DNA of 64,000 nt from Chitinophaga pinensis (lineage in GTDB: Bacteria; Bacteroidota; Bacteroidia; Chitinophagales; CAIOSU01), in assembly GCA_945901065.1 (NCBI GenBank), contig CAMDKI010000004.1:331830-395829 (forward strand). The letters run 5' to 3'. Numbering within the stretch: position 1 is the stretch's first letter; the number at the start of each line of letters is the position of its first letter. Shown piece after piece: positions 10,160-19,070 of the stretch. The position numbers and the translations under genes were made by a program. The notes under the pieces were generated by a model. It searched no databases and was not told the DNA's origin. It worked only from the letters and a program-made list of their open reading frames with translations.

Positions 10160-10672
10160 ATGCGTGTTCGCTCCCTTAAATATGATTTGTTGGAATGGCT
10201 ATATCAAGCCTACCAGAATGACCCACTTGCTAAGTGGGATGTGGGTCCGTTTATGGAAGAACATGGCATTAGTGCCGTTAGCAGTATGATTGAGTTTGGT
10301 AATGCCTTGAAAAAATCTGGGCATCTTAGGGAGTTTAATGGACAAGGCTACGAATCGTTCCAAGCATCCATCAGCATTCTGGGAATCGATTTGATATCGG
10401 AGGATGTAAAAAGCGAAATACAACAGTTGTTGGAAGGCATTAAAAACGACTTTGATCACTTTTACCCAGTGGTAAACCACCTGCAATTCCTGCCTAAAAC
10501 CTTTGAAGTAGCTGCCGAAATTAGCCACTACATGCAAAACAATGGCCTTGTCTTCTCGCGGAGCGAAACCGACGATGTATTCATCAAAATTACTGAGAAA
10601 GGCGTTGAATACCTGAACCACCCTGGTGGCCCTTATAACATGAGCGGCTCGCCATTAAGAAAGATTGCTTAA
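10160..10672 (+). CDS. hypothetical protein
   Basis: 170-aa ORF in which I recognised no motif. It may consist of two small helical/winged-helix-like halves. Confidence 0.5.
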   Translation: MRVRSLKYDLLEWLYQAYQNDPLAKWDVGPFMEEHGISAVSSMIEFGNALKKSGHLREFNGQGYESFQASISILGIDLISEDVKSEIQQLLEGIKNDFDHFYPVVNHLQFLPKTFEVAAEISHYMQNNGLVFSRSETDDVFIKITEKGVEYLNHPGGPYNMSGSPLRKIA

Positions 10673-10735
10673 CCTTTGTTGTATCCTAGCCTTGCCAAAT
10701 AATTCCTATCTTTCCTGCTCCAACAGCTTTATTGA

Positions 10736-11233
10736 ATGAAAGATTCGCATACTCGAAGTTTGGTAAAAGGTATCAGTTGGCGCGTTATAGGCACCATCGA
10801 TACTATTATCATTTCCTTCTTCGTAACTGGCACGCTAGGTAAAGCGCTAACCATTGGCATGACAGAGGTGATTACCAAAATCATCTTATTCTATTTCCAC
10901 GAGCGACTATGGCAGATTTTCGGCCATAAAATGTCCGAAGGAAGCAAAAAGGCCATTATTAAAGCTATTAGCTGGCGCATCACAGGCACGCTTGATACTA
11001 TTTTCCTGTCGTTTATGATAATCACTTTCGGCAGCGAAACGGGCAATACAGCCCATCCCTTTGCACAGGCAACTACCATCGGAGGCATTGAACTCATAAC
11101 CAAGATAACGCTTTTCTATTTCCATGAGCAGATATGGAACCGTTTGATTAAATGGGGTAGAGTGCCTATTGAATTAAATAACCTCGGCAACAACGAAAAC
11201 GCTACCCCCAACAAAAACAAGCTCGCTAACTAA
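10736..11233 (+). CDS. DUF2061-type membrane protein (tandem duplicated module)
   Basis: The module SWR(V/I)xGTxDTxxxSF...KIxLFYFHE(R/Q)xW occurs twice. Confidence 0.65.
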   Translation: MKDSHTRSLVKGISWRVIGTIDTIIISFFVTGTLGKALTIGMTEVITKIILFYFHERLWQIFGHKMSEGSKKAIIKAISWRITGTLDTIFLSFMIITFGSETGNTAHPFAQATTIGGIELITKITLFYFHEQIWNRLIKWGRVPIELNNLGNNENATPNKNKLAN

Positions 11234-12460
11234 GGCCGCACTTAATGCCGCCTTGTAGGCATCCTGCACGCTCGGATAACTTTGTCCCCTTAAATCGTAT
11301 TTAACAGATTCAATGCGCAACTCTTCCGCGTCTCTTCCCCTTGGTATATCGGGTCGGCAGAAGTAGTAGGTGGCCTCTTTTGGTAACAAGGGCAGCATTT
11401 TGGTAAGGTCTTTGTCGTTTACTGTACCTATTACTATATGTAAACCTGGGAAAGCCAGCTCAGCTATCAAGCCAAAAATCTCTTTAAATCCAGCTTCGTT
11501 GTGACCGCTATCTACCAGCACTAGTGGGTTGCGTTGTAAGACTTGTGCTCTACCCATAAAAGTACTACTTTCTTTTATGTTAGATAGTGATTTACGAAGT
11601 ATTACTTCATCTATCTTATAGCCTTGCACTTGCAATTGCTCCACCGCACCAAATACTGTAGCGAGGTTCTTTAACTGGTAATTACCATATAGGTCGGTTT
11701 GCAAATTTTCTAGGTAAGGTTTGCCATCTTTAAGCACATCCACCGTCATGCCGCCAATGGCACTATCCGTGCGCACCACGCGGTAATGTTGGTCGGCATA
11801 GCTAATTGGGCTGTTGCGATCTTTAGCAGCTTGGTTAAACACAGGTTGCGTCTCTGGTTGCGTTTCGCCAATAACAACGGGTACTTTGGGTTTAATAATG
11901 CCTGCCTTCTCAAACGCAATCAAGGGTAAGGTATCGCCCAGAAACTGCGTATGGTCGTAGCCAATATTGGTAATGATAGATAGTTCGGGTATGATTACGT
12001 TCGTAGAATCGAACCTGCCACCCATGCCCGTTTCAATAATGGCAATATCAACCTTGTGGCGGGCAAAATGATCAAAAGCCATGGCTACTGTCATTTCGAA
12101 GAAGCTTGGCTGTATGGATATAAAATCTTGTTGGTACTTTGCCACAAAATCGACTACTTCACCTTCGCTAATGTATTGCCCATCAATTTTGATGCGCTCC
12201 CTAAAGTCTTTGTAGTGCGGCGATATGTAAAGGCCTGTTTTGTAGCCCGCTGTTGTAAAGATGGCCGCCAGAGTATGTGCCGTTGTACCTTTGCCGTTGG
12301 TGCCCGCTATGTGCACACTTTTAAACTGGCGCTGTGGCTCTTGCAGCAAGGCCATCAGTTTAAGGGTATTGGTAAGGTCTTTCTTAAAAGCGGACGCACC
12401 CACGCGCTGGAACATAGGCAACTGGGCAAATAGCCACTGCACCGTTTCTGCATAATTCAT
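11174..12460 (-). CDS. folC: bifunctional folylpolyglutamate synthase / dihydrofolate synthase
   Basis: 428 aa with the Mur-ligase P-loop HIAGTNGKGT and FolC-like layout. Confidence 0.9.
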   Translation of the reverse strand: MNYAETVQWLFAQLPMFQRVGASAFKKDLTNTLKLMALLQEPQRQFKSVHIAGTNGKGTTAHTLAAIFTTAGYKTGLYISPHYKDFRERIKIDGQYISEGEVVDFVAKYQQDFISIQPSFFEMTVAMAFDHFARHKVDIAIIETGMGGRFDSTNVIIPELSIITNIGYDHTQFLGDTLPLIAFEKAGIIKPKVPVVIGETQPETQPVFNQAAKDRNSPISYADQHYRVVRTDSAIGGMTVDVLKDGKPYLENLQTDLYGNYQLKNLATVFGAVEQLQVQGYKIDEVILRKSLSNIKESSTFMGRAQVLQRNPLVLVDSGHNEAGFKEIFGLIAELAFPGLHIVIGTVNDKDLTKMLPLLPKEATYYFCRPDIPRGRDAEELRIESVKYDLRGQSYPSVQDAYKAALSAALVSELVFVGGSVFVVAEVI

Positions 12461-12481
12461 GCGACAAAGTTAATGCGATTG

Positions 12482-13489
12482 TTATTGCGCAGTATATTTA
12501 AAGTCGATGTAGCCGATTTGCTCTGGGCGGTTTTGCGGGTCGGGGCTCCATTCCCATTTCAATGCTGCCTCTCTAGCCTTATTCACCAAGTAGCTATCAG
12601 TAGTAGTAGAGCCAGTGGCACTATATAAAGCACCAATAACTTTACCTAGGCTGTTTACAGTTATCTTAATGCGCACAGTACCAAATTTACTCTGATCGCT
12701 TACGGGGGTTATTTGCTTGGTTGGCTTGCGGCTGCCAAGCGAGTACCCGGTACCACCACCTGTGCCGCCACCACTTCCGGGGCCACTACCAGGTCCATCT
12801 CCAATGCCTGATCCAGTTCCATTTCCACTACCATTACCACCGCCAGTTCCTGGGCCATTGCCACCATCGCCACCACCAGTACCACTGGTACCAGTGCCGG
12901 TGCCACTTGGGTTACCTTGGTTGCCCAAGCCCCCACCAGTGCCCTTACCACCCCCTTTCGGAAAAGTAGAGCCAGGTATTACCGTAGGTTCAGCGGGTTT
13001 CGAGGGTGCAGGTTTCGGGGTCTCAGCAGGTTTTGGAGTAGGCTTAGGTGTTTCAACTGGTTTGGTAGGGGTAGGGGTAGGTTTTGGTGTTTCCACTGGT
13101 TTTACCGGTGGGGTTGGAGTAGGTTTTGGCTTGTTGGCGTCTGCAATTACGGGTGCTTCCTCGTGGCTTTGGGTTACCACATCATTGTTATCAGCAGTTA
13201 ATGGTGCAGCAGCTGGTTCGATCTCTGGCGGCGGCATAGCCGCATTGTCCGTCGTAGCGGTCGACATATCCATTGCCACCACCTCGCCAGTACCGGCATC
13301 AATAGCACCGAACATAATACCAACCTCGCCGTTGCCGCCACCACCACCGCCGCCGCTTTCGCCTTGGTTTAAGAAATACAACAGTAGTAGTAAAATCAAC
13401 ATAATGGTGGTAGTAATAATGCGCGATGCACGGCGGTTTTCTCGCTCGTACTCGTATTCCTCATGGTATTTAAGGTCCATTGTGCTCAT
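12482..13489 (-). CDS. TonB-like energy transducer with Gly-rich and Pro/Thr/Lys-rich low-complexity regions
   Basis: It has an N-terminal TM helix (IITTTIMLILLLLLYFL), a KPVETPKPTPTP repeat tract, a Gly-rich tract of about 70 aa, and a C-terminal TonB_C-like segment (GTVRIKITVNSLGKVIG...AREAALKWEW). The start is taken at ATG 13489; a TTG start at 13507 is possible. Confidence 0.7.
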   Translation of the reverse strand: MSTMDLKYHEEYEYERENRRASRIITTTIMLILLLLLYFLNQGESGGGGGGGNGEVGIMFGAIDAGTGEVVAMDMSTATTDNAAMPPPEIEPAAAPLTADNNDVVTQSHEEAPVIADANKPKPTPTPPVKPVETPKPTPTPTKPVETPKPTPKPAETPKPAPSKPAEPTVIPGSTFPKGGGKGTGGGLGNQGNPSGTGTGTSGTGGGDGGNGPGTGGGNGSGNGTGSGIGDGPGSGPGSGGGTGGGTGYSLGSRKPTKQITPVSDQSKFGTVRIKITVNSLGKVIGALYSATGSTTTDSYLVNKAREAALKWEWSPDPQNRPEQIGYIDFKYTAQ

Positions 13490-13662
13490 AGCGTAACAAT
13501 TAGTCAAGTTGCGTCAGTAGTGCTATTTTTAGTATGATGCAGGCGGTTCTTGTTTTCCATAAAATCCGTAACCATTTCTTTAAATTTTTCTCCATCACAC
13601 CTTCCAATAATCCTACCAAGTTTTAGATAAACGGTTATTTCGTTGTTTCTGGTATATGGCTA

Positions 13663-14334
13663 TCACGCAGGTTCTTGAAGCATGTCGATAAATGCTACTG
13701 CCGAAACATCCATTTGGTGGGCCGCGTTGCCTACCATAAGACTAAGCACCGTATATCCAATGTATGCTATTATGCCCACCACCAAGCCCGCAAATAAGGG
13801 AACCAGCGCTTCATACAGCTCATTAGCAAACATTCCCAAATCAACTGGGCCAGCCGCATTGCTCATGGCAAACAATACCATTATTAAGCCCATTACGGTA
13901 CCCAGCGCACCTACAAGTGGTGCCGCTCTGCTTATGGCAGCCAACGAAGCTAGCCCCTGCTTTAAGCGATGCGCCTCCATGCGCGCCACATTACGAATGG
14001 CTAAATCAATCTGCTCTATCGGCTTGCCAATTTTGGTAATGCCCTTATCCATCATGCGCGCCACTGGCGTATTGGTCTTTTTGCAAAGGTCTCGCGCAGC
14101 CACAATCTTACCCGATACAAGCAAATCCTTAATGTTGTGCATAAAATGCTGCTCCACATTTGCCGCCTTGCCAATACTCAAGTACCTTTCTATACATAAG
14201 TATAGCGCCACTATAAACAACAGTGCAATAGGTATCATAGCCCATCCTCCCTTAAACATCAAGGCGATAACCGAAATTTTGTTGTGTGCCTCTATGGGAG
14301 TTCCCACGGTGGTTTGCAAAAACAGCATATCCAT
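13663..14334 (-). CDS. MotA/TolQ/ExbB proton-channel family protein
   Basis: Three TM helices with an ExbB-like C-terminal half (AAPLVGALGTVMGLI...). The start is taken at MDMLFLQ; the longest ORF reaches 14388. Confidence 0.85.
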   Translation of the reverse strand: MDMLFLQTTVGTPIEAHNKISVIALMFKGGWAMIPIALLFIVALYLCIERYLSIGKAANVEQHFMHNIKDLLVSGKIVAARDLCKKTNTPVARMMDKGITKIGKPIEQIDLAIRNVARMEAHRLKQGLASLAAISRAAPLVGALGTVMGLIMVLFAMSNAAGPVDLGMFANELYEALVPLFAGLVVGIIAYIGYTVLSLMVGNAAHQMDVSAVAFIDMLQEPA

Positions 14335-14437
14335 AGTACAGATGTATAGCTTTACGTAAAATAATGATGCCAAAAGACACTTTAACATTGTAAAGCTAAC
14401 TCTATATGTCGCATTTGCATTATGGTTTATATACCGT

Positions 14438-14476
14438 GGGGCGGGGGAGGTGTAGGGGATTTTGGACGGAGGTTGG
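14438..14476 (+). other. G-rich tract (possible G-quadruplex-forming) in the exbB/gyrA divergent region
   Basis: The sequence ggggcgggggaggtgtaggggattttggacggaggttgg has three runs of at least 4 G plus several GG runs. Confidence 0.3.
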
Positions 14477-14569
14477 TTATTAATTTTAGGTGTTTAGTTA
14501 ATGTAACTCGTGATAGGTACATTATAAACGCCTGTTGATAACCATAACACATAGTTCATGCAGAATGGT

Positions 14570-14577
14570 TATTTTTG
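14570..14577 (+). promoter_or_regulatory. candidate -7 box TATTTTTG upstream of gyrA
   Basis: Exact TAnnTTTG match, 39 nt upstream of the ATG at 14617. Confidence 0.35.
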
Positions 14578-14616
14578 TAAACTGTGTGAATACCAGTTTA
14601 ACTTGACTTAAATACT

Positions 14617-17274
14617 ATGGCAGAGGAAGAAGACATTATTCCGATAGGAGGAAGTGGGGGCAGCATTATCCCCATTAACATTGAAGAGGAAATGAAAACG
14701 GCTTACATTGATTATTCAATGTCAGTTATCGTATCGCGTGCCATCCCTGATGTACGCGATGGCTTCAAGCCCGTTCACCGTCGCGTGTTGCATGGCATGA
14801 ACGAGTTGGGTGTGGCTAGCAACAAACCACATAAGAAATCGGCCCGTATAGTGGGTGAGGTACTCGGTAAGTTTCACCCGCATGGTGACTCATCGGTTTA
14901 CGATACTATGGTGCGTATGGCCCAGCCTTGGAGCCTTCGCTATCCACTAGTGGATGGCCAAGGTAACTTTGGCTCGGTAGATGGCGACTCGCCAGCTGCC
15001 ATGCGATACACCGAAGTGCGCTTGCAGAAAATAGCCGAAGAGATGTTGCAAGACATCGATATGGATACTGTAGACATGCAGTACAACTTCGATGATACAC
15101 TGAAAGAACCAACCGTATTACCTACCCGTATACCCAATTTGCTAATGAATGGCTCTTCGGGTATTGCAGTAGGTATGGCTACCAACATATTGCCCCATAA
15201 CCTTACTGAGGTTATTAACGGCATTATGGCCTACATCGACAATAACGAGATTACGATTGCCGAATTGATGGAGCATGTTACTGCTCCCGATTTTCCTACA
15301 GGGGGCACTATCTATGGCTACGAAGGCGTTCGCCAGGCTTTTGAAACCGGCCGAGGCAAAGTGGTGGTGCGTGCCGTTGCCGAAATGGAGGAGCACAACA
15401 ACCATGAGCGTATCATCATAACCGAGATACCTTATCAGGTAAACAAAGCCACGCTTATTGCCCGTATTGCCGAGTTGGTAAACGACCACAAGATTGATGG
15501 TATTAGCGATATCCGCGATGAATCGGATAGAACGGGTATGCGCATAGTTATTGAACTTAGGCGCGATGCAAATGCAAGCGTGGTGCTTAACACGCTATAC
15601 AAGAACACCTCGCTGCAAACCTCTTTTGGTGTAAACAATATTGCACTAGTAGGTGGTAGGCCTAAGTTGCTGAACTTGAAGGACATGATTGTTCACTTCG
15701 TCGACTTCCGTCACGATGTAATCGTTCGCCGTACCAAGTTTGAGCTTAACGAAGCCGAAAAGCGTGCCCATATTTTAGAGGGCTTATTGATAGCCATTGA
15801 TCACTTGGATGAGGTAATTAAGCTAATTCGTGCCTCTCAAACTGTTGAGATTGCGCGCGAAGGCTTAATGAGTAGCTTCAGTTTGTCGGAGCTTCAAGCC
15901 CGCGCCATTCTTGACCTACGCTTGCAAAAACTTACCGGCCTTGAGCGCGATAAGATTAAGCAAGAGTATGATGAACTAATGGAGCGTATTGCTTACTTGA
16001 AATCCATTTTGGAAGAAGGTAACCTGGCCCTGCGAATGAGCATCATCAAAGAAGAGTTGCAAGAAGTGTTGAAAAAGTATGGCGATGCACGCCGCACCAC
16101 CATTGTATACTCTGGCGAGGATATTGATATTGAGGATTTGATATCGAATGACAAGGTGGTAGTTACCATTTCGCATTTGGGATATATTAAGCGTACTAAC
16201 TCTTCAGAGTTTAGGGTACAAGGCAGGGGAGGACGTGGCTCACGTGGCGGCGCTACCCGTGAAGAGGACTTTATTGAGTACATCTTTAGTGCAGATATGC
16301 ACAACTATATCTTGTTCTTTACAGAGCAAGGTAAGTGCTTCTGGTTGAAGGTTTATGAGTTGCCAGAAGGAACCAAAACCAGCAAAGGCCGAGCGATACA
16401 GAACATCATCAATATTGACAAGGACGACAAAGTGAAGGCCTTTATCAATGTTTATGACCTGAAGAGCGAAGAAGCCCTGAACAACCAATACATAGTGCTT
16501 TGCACTAAAGGTGGTATTATTAAGAAAACCACCTTGGAGGCATACTCACGCCCACGCACTAATGGTATTATTGCCCTTACGGTTCGCGAAGGAGATACGC
16601 TATTGGAAGCCAAATTAACGGATGGCACATCAGACATTATGATGGCCGTGCGCAGTGGCAAATGTATCCGTTTCAACGAAAGTAATGTGCGCCCAATGGG
16701 CCGCGGTGCATCAGGTGTTACCGGAATACGTTTTGATAGTGCAACCGATGAAGTAATTGGCATGATTTGTGTTTCTCAGGAGTCGTTGAAGCATGCAGAA
16801 GCAACCAATGTAGCCTTGGAGGCCTTTATAGCCGAGAACGGAGATGAGGCTGAATTACCAGAAGCATTGGCCAATGACGTTAAAACGAAGAAAACCATCT
16901 TGGTAGTTTCGGAAAACGGCTATGGCAAACGTTCTGACTTTGAAGAGTACCGATTTACCAATCGCGGCGCTAAGGGTGTTAAAACCATTAACGTAACCGA
17001 AAAAACCGGTGACTTGATTGCCATTAAGGATGTGAATAACGAAGACGATTTGATGATTATCAATAAGTCGGGCATCACCATCCGCATGGGCGTTGATGAA
17101 TTGAGGGTAATGGGCCGCGCTACACAAGGCGTAAGGTTGATTAAACTTGATGCAAAAGATTCGATAGCAGCGGTTACCAAAATACAAGCATTGCCAGAGG
17201 AAATAGCATTGACTGAAGGCGATGAGGGCATAGCATCACCTGGTGAGGTTGGCCCGGTAACGGAAGGCGAATAA
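14617..17274 (+). CDS. gyrA: DNA gyrase subunit A
   Basis: 885 aa with the [16 protein letters not shown], the active-site AAMRYTE motif, and a C-terminal beta-pinwheel region. Confidence 0.97.
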   Translation: MAEEEDIIPIGGSGGSIIPINIEEEMKTAYIDYSMSVIVSRAIPDVRDGFKPVHRRVLHGMNELGVASNKPHKKSARIVGEVLGKFHPHGDSSVYDTMVRMAQPWSLRYPLVDGQGNFGSVDGDSPAAMRYTEVRLQKIAEEMLQDIDMDTVDMQYNFDDTLKEPTVLPTRIPNLLMNGSSGIAVGMATNILPHNLTEVINGIMAYIDNNEITIAELMEHVTAPDFPTGGTIYGYEGVRQAFETGRGKVVVRAVAEMEEHNNHERIIITEIPYQVNKATLIARIAELVNDHKIDGISDIRDESDRTGMRIVIELRRDANASVVLNTLYKNTSLQTSFGVNNIALVGGRPKLLNLKDMIVHFVDFRHDVIVRRTKFELNEAEKRAHILEGLLIAIDHLDEVIKLIRASQTVEIAREGLMSSFSLSELQARAILDLRLQKLTGLERDKIKQEYDELMERIAYLKSILEEGNLALRMSIIKEELQEVLKKYGDARRTTIVYSGEDIDIEDLISNDKVVVTISHLGYIKRTNSSEFRVQGRGGRGSRGGATREEDFIEYIFSADMHNYILFFTEQGKCFWLKVYELPEGTKTSKGRAIQNIINIDKDDKVKAFINVYDLKSEEALNNQYIVLCTKGGIIKKTTLEAYSRPRTNGIIALTVREGDTLLEAKLTDGTSDIMMAVRSGKCIRFNESNVRPMGRGASGVTGIRFDSATDEVIGMICVSQESLKHAEATNVALEAFIAENGDEAELPEALANDVKTKKTILVVSENGYGKRSDFEEYRFTNRGAKGVKTINVTEKTGDLIAIKDVNNEDDLMIINKSGITIRMGVDELRVMGRATQGVRLIKLDAKDSIAAVTKIQALPEEIALTEGDEGIASPGEVGPVTEGE

Positions 17275-17283
17275 TTAATGTTA

Positions 17284-17316
17284 AGCCAACATCAGTCAAT
17301 TTGGCGGATGTTGGCT
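17284..17316 (+). promoter_or_regulatory. 10-bp perfect hairpin between gyrA and the downstream TPR gene
   Basis: The stems agccaacatc (17284-17293) and gatgttggct (17307-17316) flank a 13-nt loop. No U-tract follows. Confidence 0.4.
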
Positions 17317-17363
17317 ATACCTTAACCATAATATTAAGCAAACCCAAAACCCCTGAATACGGT

Positions 17364-18575
17364 ATGAAAAATTTGTTTACTTTGCTATGCTTTATGGCGC
17401 TGTCAGTGAGTTTGATGGCCCAAAGCATGAATACCATTGGAGCATTTAATAATTTTAGCACTTACGAGCAAACCGGTGGAACCGATAAGGCTGCACTGAG
17501 AACCGCCTACGATTTTATCAAAAAGGCGGAAGTGCATGAAACAACCATTAGCGATGCGAAAACTTGGTATTATAGTGCCTACATTAGCCTGCTTATTAAC
17601 GAGGATGTAGAATTGAAGAAAGACTATCCAGAGGTAATTTATGAGGCGACCAAAGCGCTTAGAAATGTAGTAACACTAGGGGAGGCGTCGGGCCAAAAGA
17701 AACCTAGGTTTATGGAAGAGGCCCAAGAAAAACTGGGTATTACAACGGTTATTTTATACAACAGGGCGGTAGATTCTGGCCAAGCTGGCAGGGAAGGAGA
17801 GGCTTACAAAGCTTTTAAAGAAACTTACGAGGTAAGCATGTTTATTAAAGAACATGGTTTTGAGGCCAAAAACAAGTTGCCAGAAGTTAAAGAGGCCAAA
17901 TACTACACTGCTATGTATGCCTCTAAATTGGGAAAAACCGAAGAAGCAAAAAAGCTTTTTGATGAGTTGATTAATGAAGGTTACAACAGCGCTAACCTTT
18001 ATCAGGGCTTAGCAATGATGCAAAAGAATGCAGGTAAAAATGATGAAGCTGTTGCTACTTTGCAAAAAGGCATGAAAGTATTCCCGAATGAATTGGCTCT
18101 GGTAATTGACATGATTAACATTTACCTAGAGACTGGTCGCGAAACCGAGGCTATTGATGCGATGTTGAAAGCCATTGAGCTAGACCCAAAAAACCACCAA
18201 CTGTATTTTGTGACTGGGGTAGCTTATGCCAAAATCAAAAACAATGACAAGGCACTAGAATACTACAATAAAGCACTAGAGGTAAAACCTGATTATTCGG
18301 ATGCCTATAACAACATTGGTGCGATATACTTAGAATTTGCTAACGAACAAATTAATAAAATGGGCGAACCTAACGTTAGCGATGCTCAGTACAAGCAATA
18401 TGATGCAAAGCGTTTAGAGTTTCTAGGTAAGGCATTGCCCGCTTTGGAAAAGTCAAACGAATTGAACCCTAATAACATTGAAACTATGGACGTGCTTAGA
18501 ACCATTTATGCTAAGCTTGGACAGTATGATAAGTCTGCCGAGATGAAGAAGAAGATAGCTGAGTTGCAGAAATAA
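17364..18575 (+). CDS. secreted TPR-repeat protein
   Basis: The start is taken at MKNLFTLLCFMALSVSLMAQ (signal peptide). Multiple TPR repeats are present (YFVTGVAYAKIKNNDKALEYYNKALEVKPDY...). Confidence 0.8.
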   Translation: MKNLFTLLCFMALSVSLMAQSMNTIGAFNNFSTYEQTGGTDKAALRTAYDFIKKAEVHETTISDAKTWYYSAYISLLINEDVELKKDYPEVIYEATKALRNVVTLGEASGQKKPRFMEEAQEKLGITTVILYNRAVDSGQAGREGEAYKAFKETYEVSMFIKEHGFEAKNKLPEVKEAKYYTAMYASKLGKTEEAKKLFDELINEGYNSANLYQGLAMMQKNAGKNDEAVATLQKGMKVFPNELALVIDMINIYLETGRETEAIDAMLKAIELDPKNHQLYFVTGVAYAKIKNNDKALEYYNKALEVKPDYSDAYNNIGAIYLEFANEQINKMGEPNVSDAQYKQYDAKRLEFLGKALPALEKSNELNPNNIETMDVLRTIYAKLGQYDKSAEMKKKIAELQK

Positions 18576-18581
18576 AAAGTG

Positions 18582-18610
18582 GGGCTGTTCCTGTAACGGC
18601 CCTTTCTTTT
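18582..18610 (+). terminator. intrinsic terminator after the TPR gene
   Basis: The stem gggctg / cggccc (one G-U pair) has a 9-nt loop and is followed by tttcttttt. Confidence 0.5.
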
Positions 18611-18720
18611 TGAAAAACAACTTTACATAATGTAAATTATAGGCTCAATTATTATTGAAACAAAACCAGCTTTCCGGCAATGCTTTTACGGATAATTCGG
18701 TAACGGCTCATATTGATTTA

Positions 18721-18986
18721 TCGTGCTGTACACCGCATCAAATAACAATTCGTAGACGACAAAACTGACCAGAACTTTCAAAAATTGCAAATTGTAGAGT
18801 TATGGTTTGTCCAGGTACTTTACAAAGTAATCGTGCTGCAAGTCGCATCAAATAACAATTCGTGGACGACAAAACTGACCAGGATTTTCAAAAATTATGA
18901 GTTGTAGAATTATGGTTTGTCCAGGTACTTTACAAAGTAATCATGCTGCAGACCGCATCAAATAACAATTCGTAGACGACAAAACT
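18721..18986. repeat. tandem repeat, 110-bp unit, about 2.4 copies
   Basis: Units start at 18721, 18831 and 18941 (the last is partial) and are roughly 85-90% identical by eye. Each full unit contains the near-palindrome tactttacaaagta. Confidence 0.9.
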
Positions 18987-19013
18987 ATTGACTGTACACG
19001 AAGTAATAGCAAG

Positions 19014-19046
19014 AAAAAGGGCCGCACAATAGTTGCGCGGCCCTTT
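19014..19046. terminator. bidirectional intrinsic terminator
   Basis: A GC-rich hairpin gggccgc...gcggccc is flanked by an A-run (5') and T-run (3'). On the minus strand it is followed by tttttctt, directly after the ABC-F stop at 19071. Confidence 0.7.
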
Positions 19047-19070
19047 AAACTTAAAACAGCAGATAGCAGA

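Noticed and set aside
12717-13496. 259-aa Pro-rich ORF on the plus strand (plus shorter ORFs at 12721-12969 and 12917-13201)
   Set aside because: It is the mirror image of the Gly-rich and Pro-rich codons of the minus-strand TonB-like gene (GGN/NCC complementarity). The minus-strand ORF has a TM helix, a TonB_C-like end and an operon context; the plus-strand ORF has none of these.
13500-13595. 31-codon ORF (MEKNLKKWLRILWKTRTACIILKIALLTQLD) in the exbB/TonB-like gap, considered as an ExbD remnant or micro-protein
   Set aside because: It has no similarity to ExbD, is very short, and shows no supporting signal. It is kept only as a note under the Ton finding.
13682-14359. 225-aa antisense ORF opposite exbB, and similar long antisense ORFs (e.g. 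4501-5034, 22814-23350, 32913-33431, 52618-53082)
   Set aside because: Each lies fully inside a well-supported gene on the other strand and has no recognisable motifs. They are typical shadow ORFs.
18721-18986. Possible CRISPR array
   Set aside because: The repeats are 110 bp long, directly abutting, with no unique spacers. There are no cas genes in the window.
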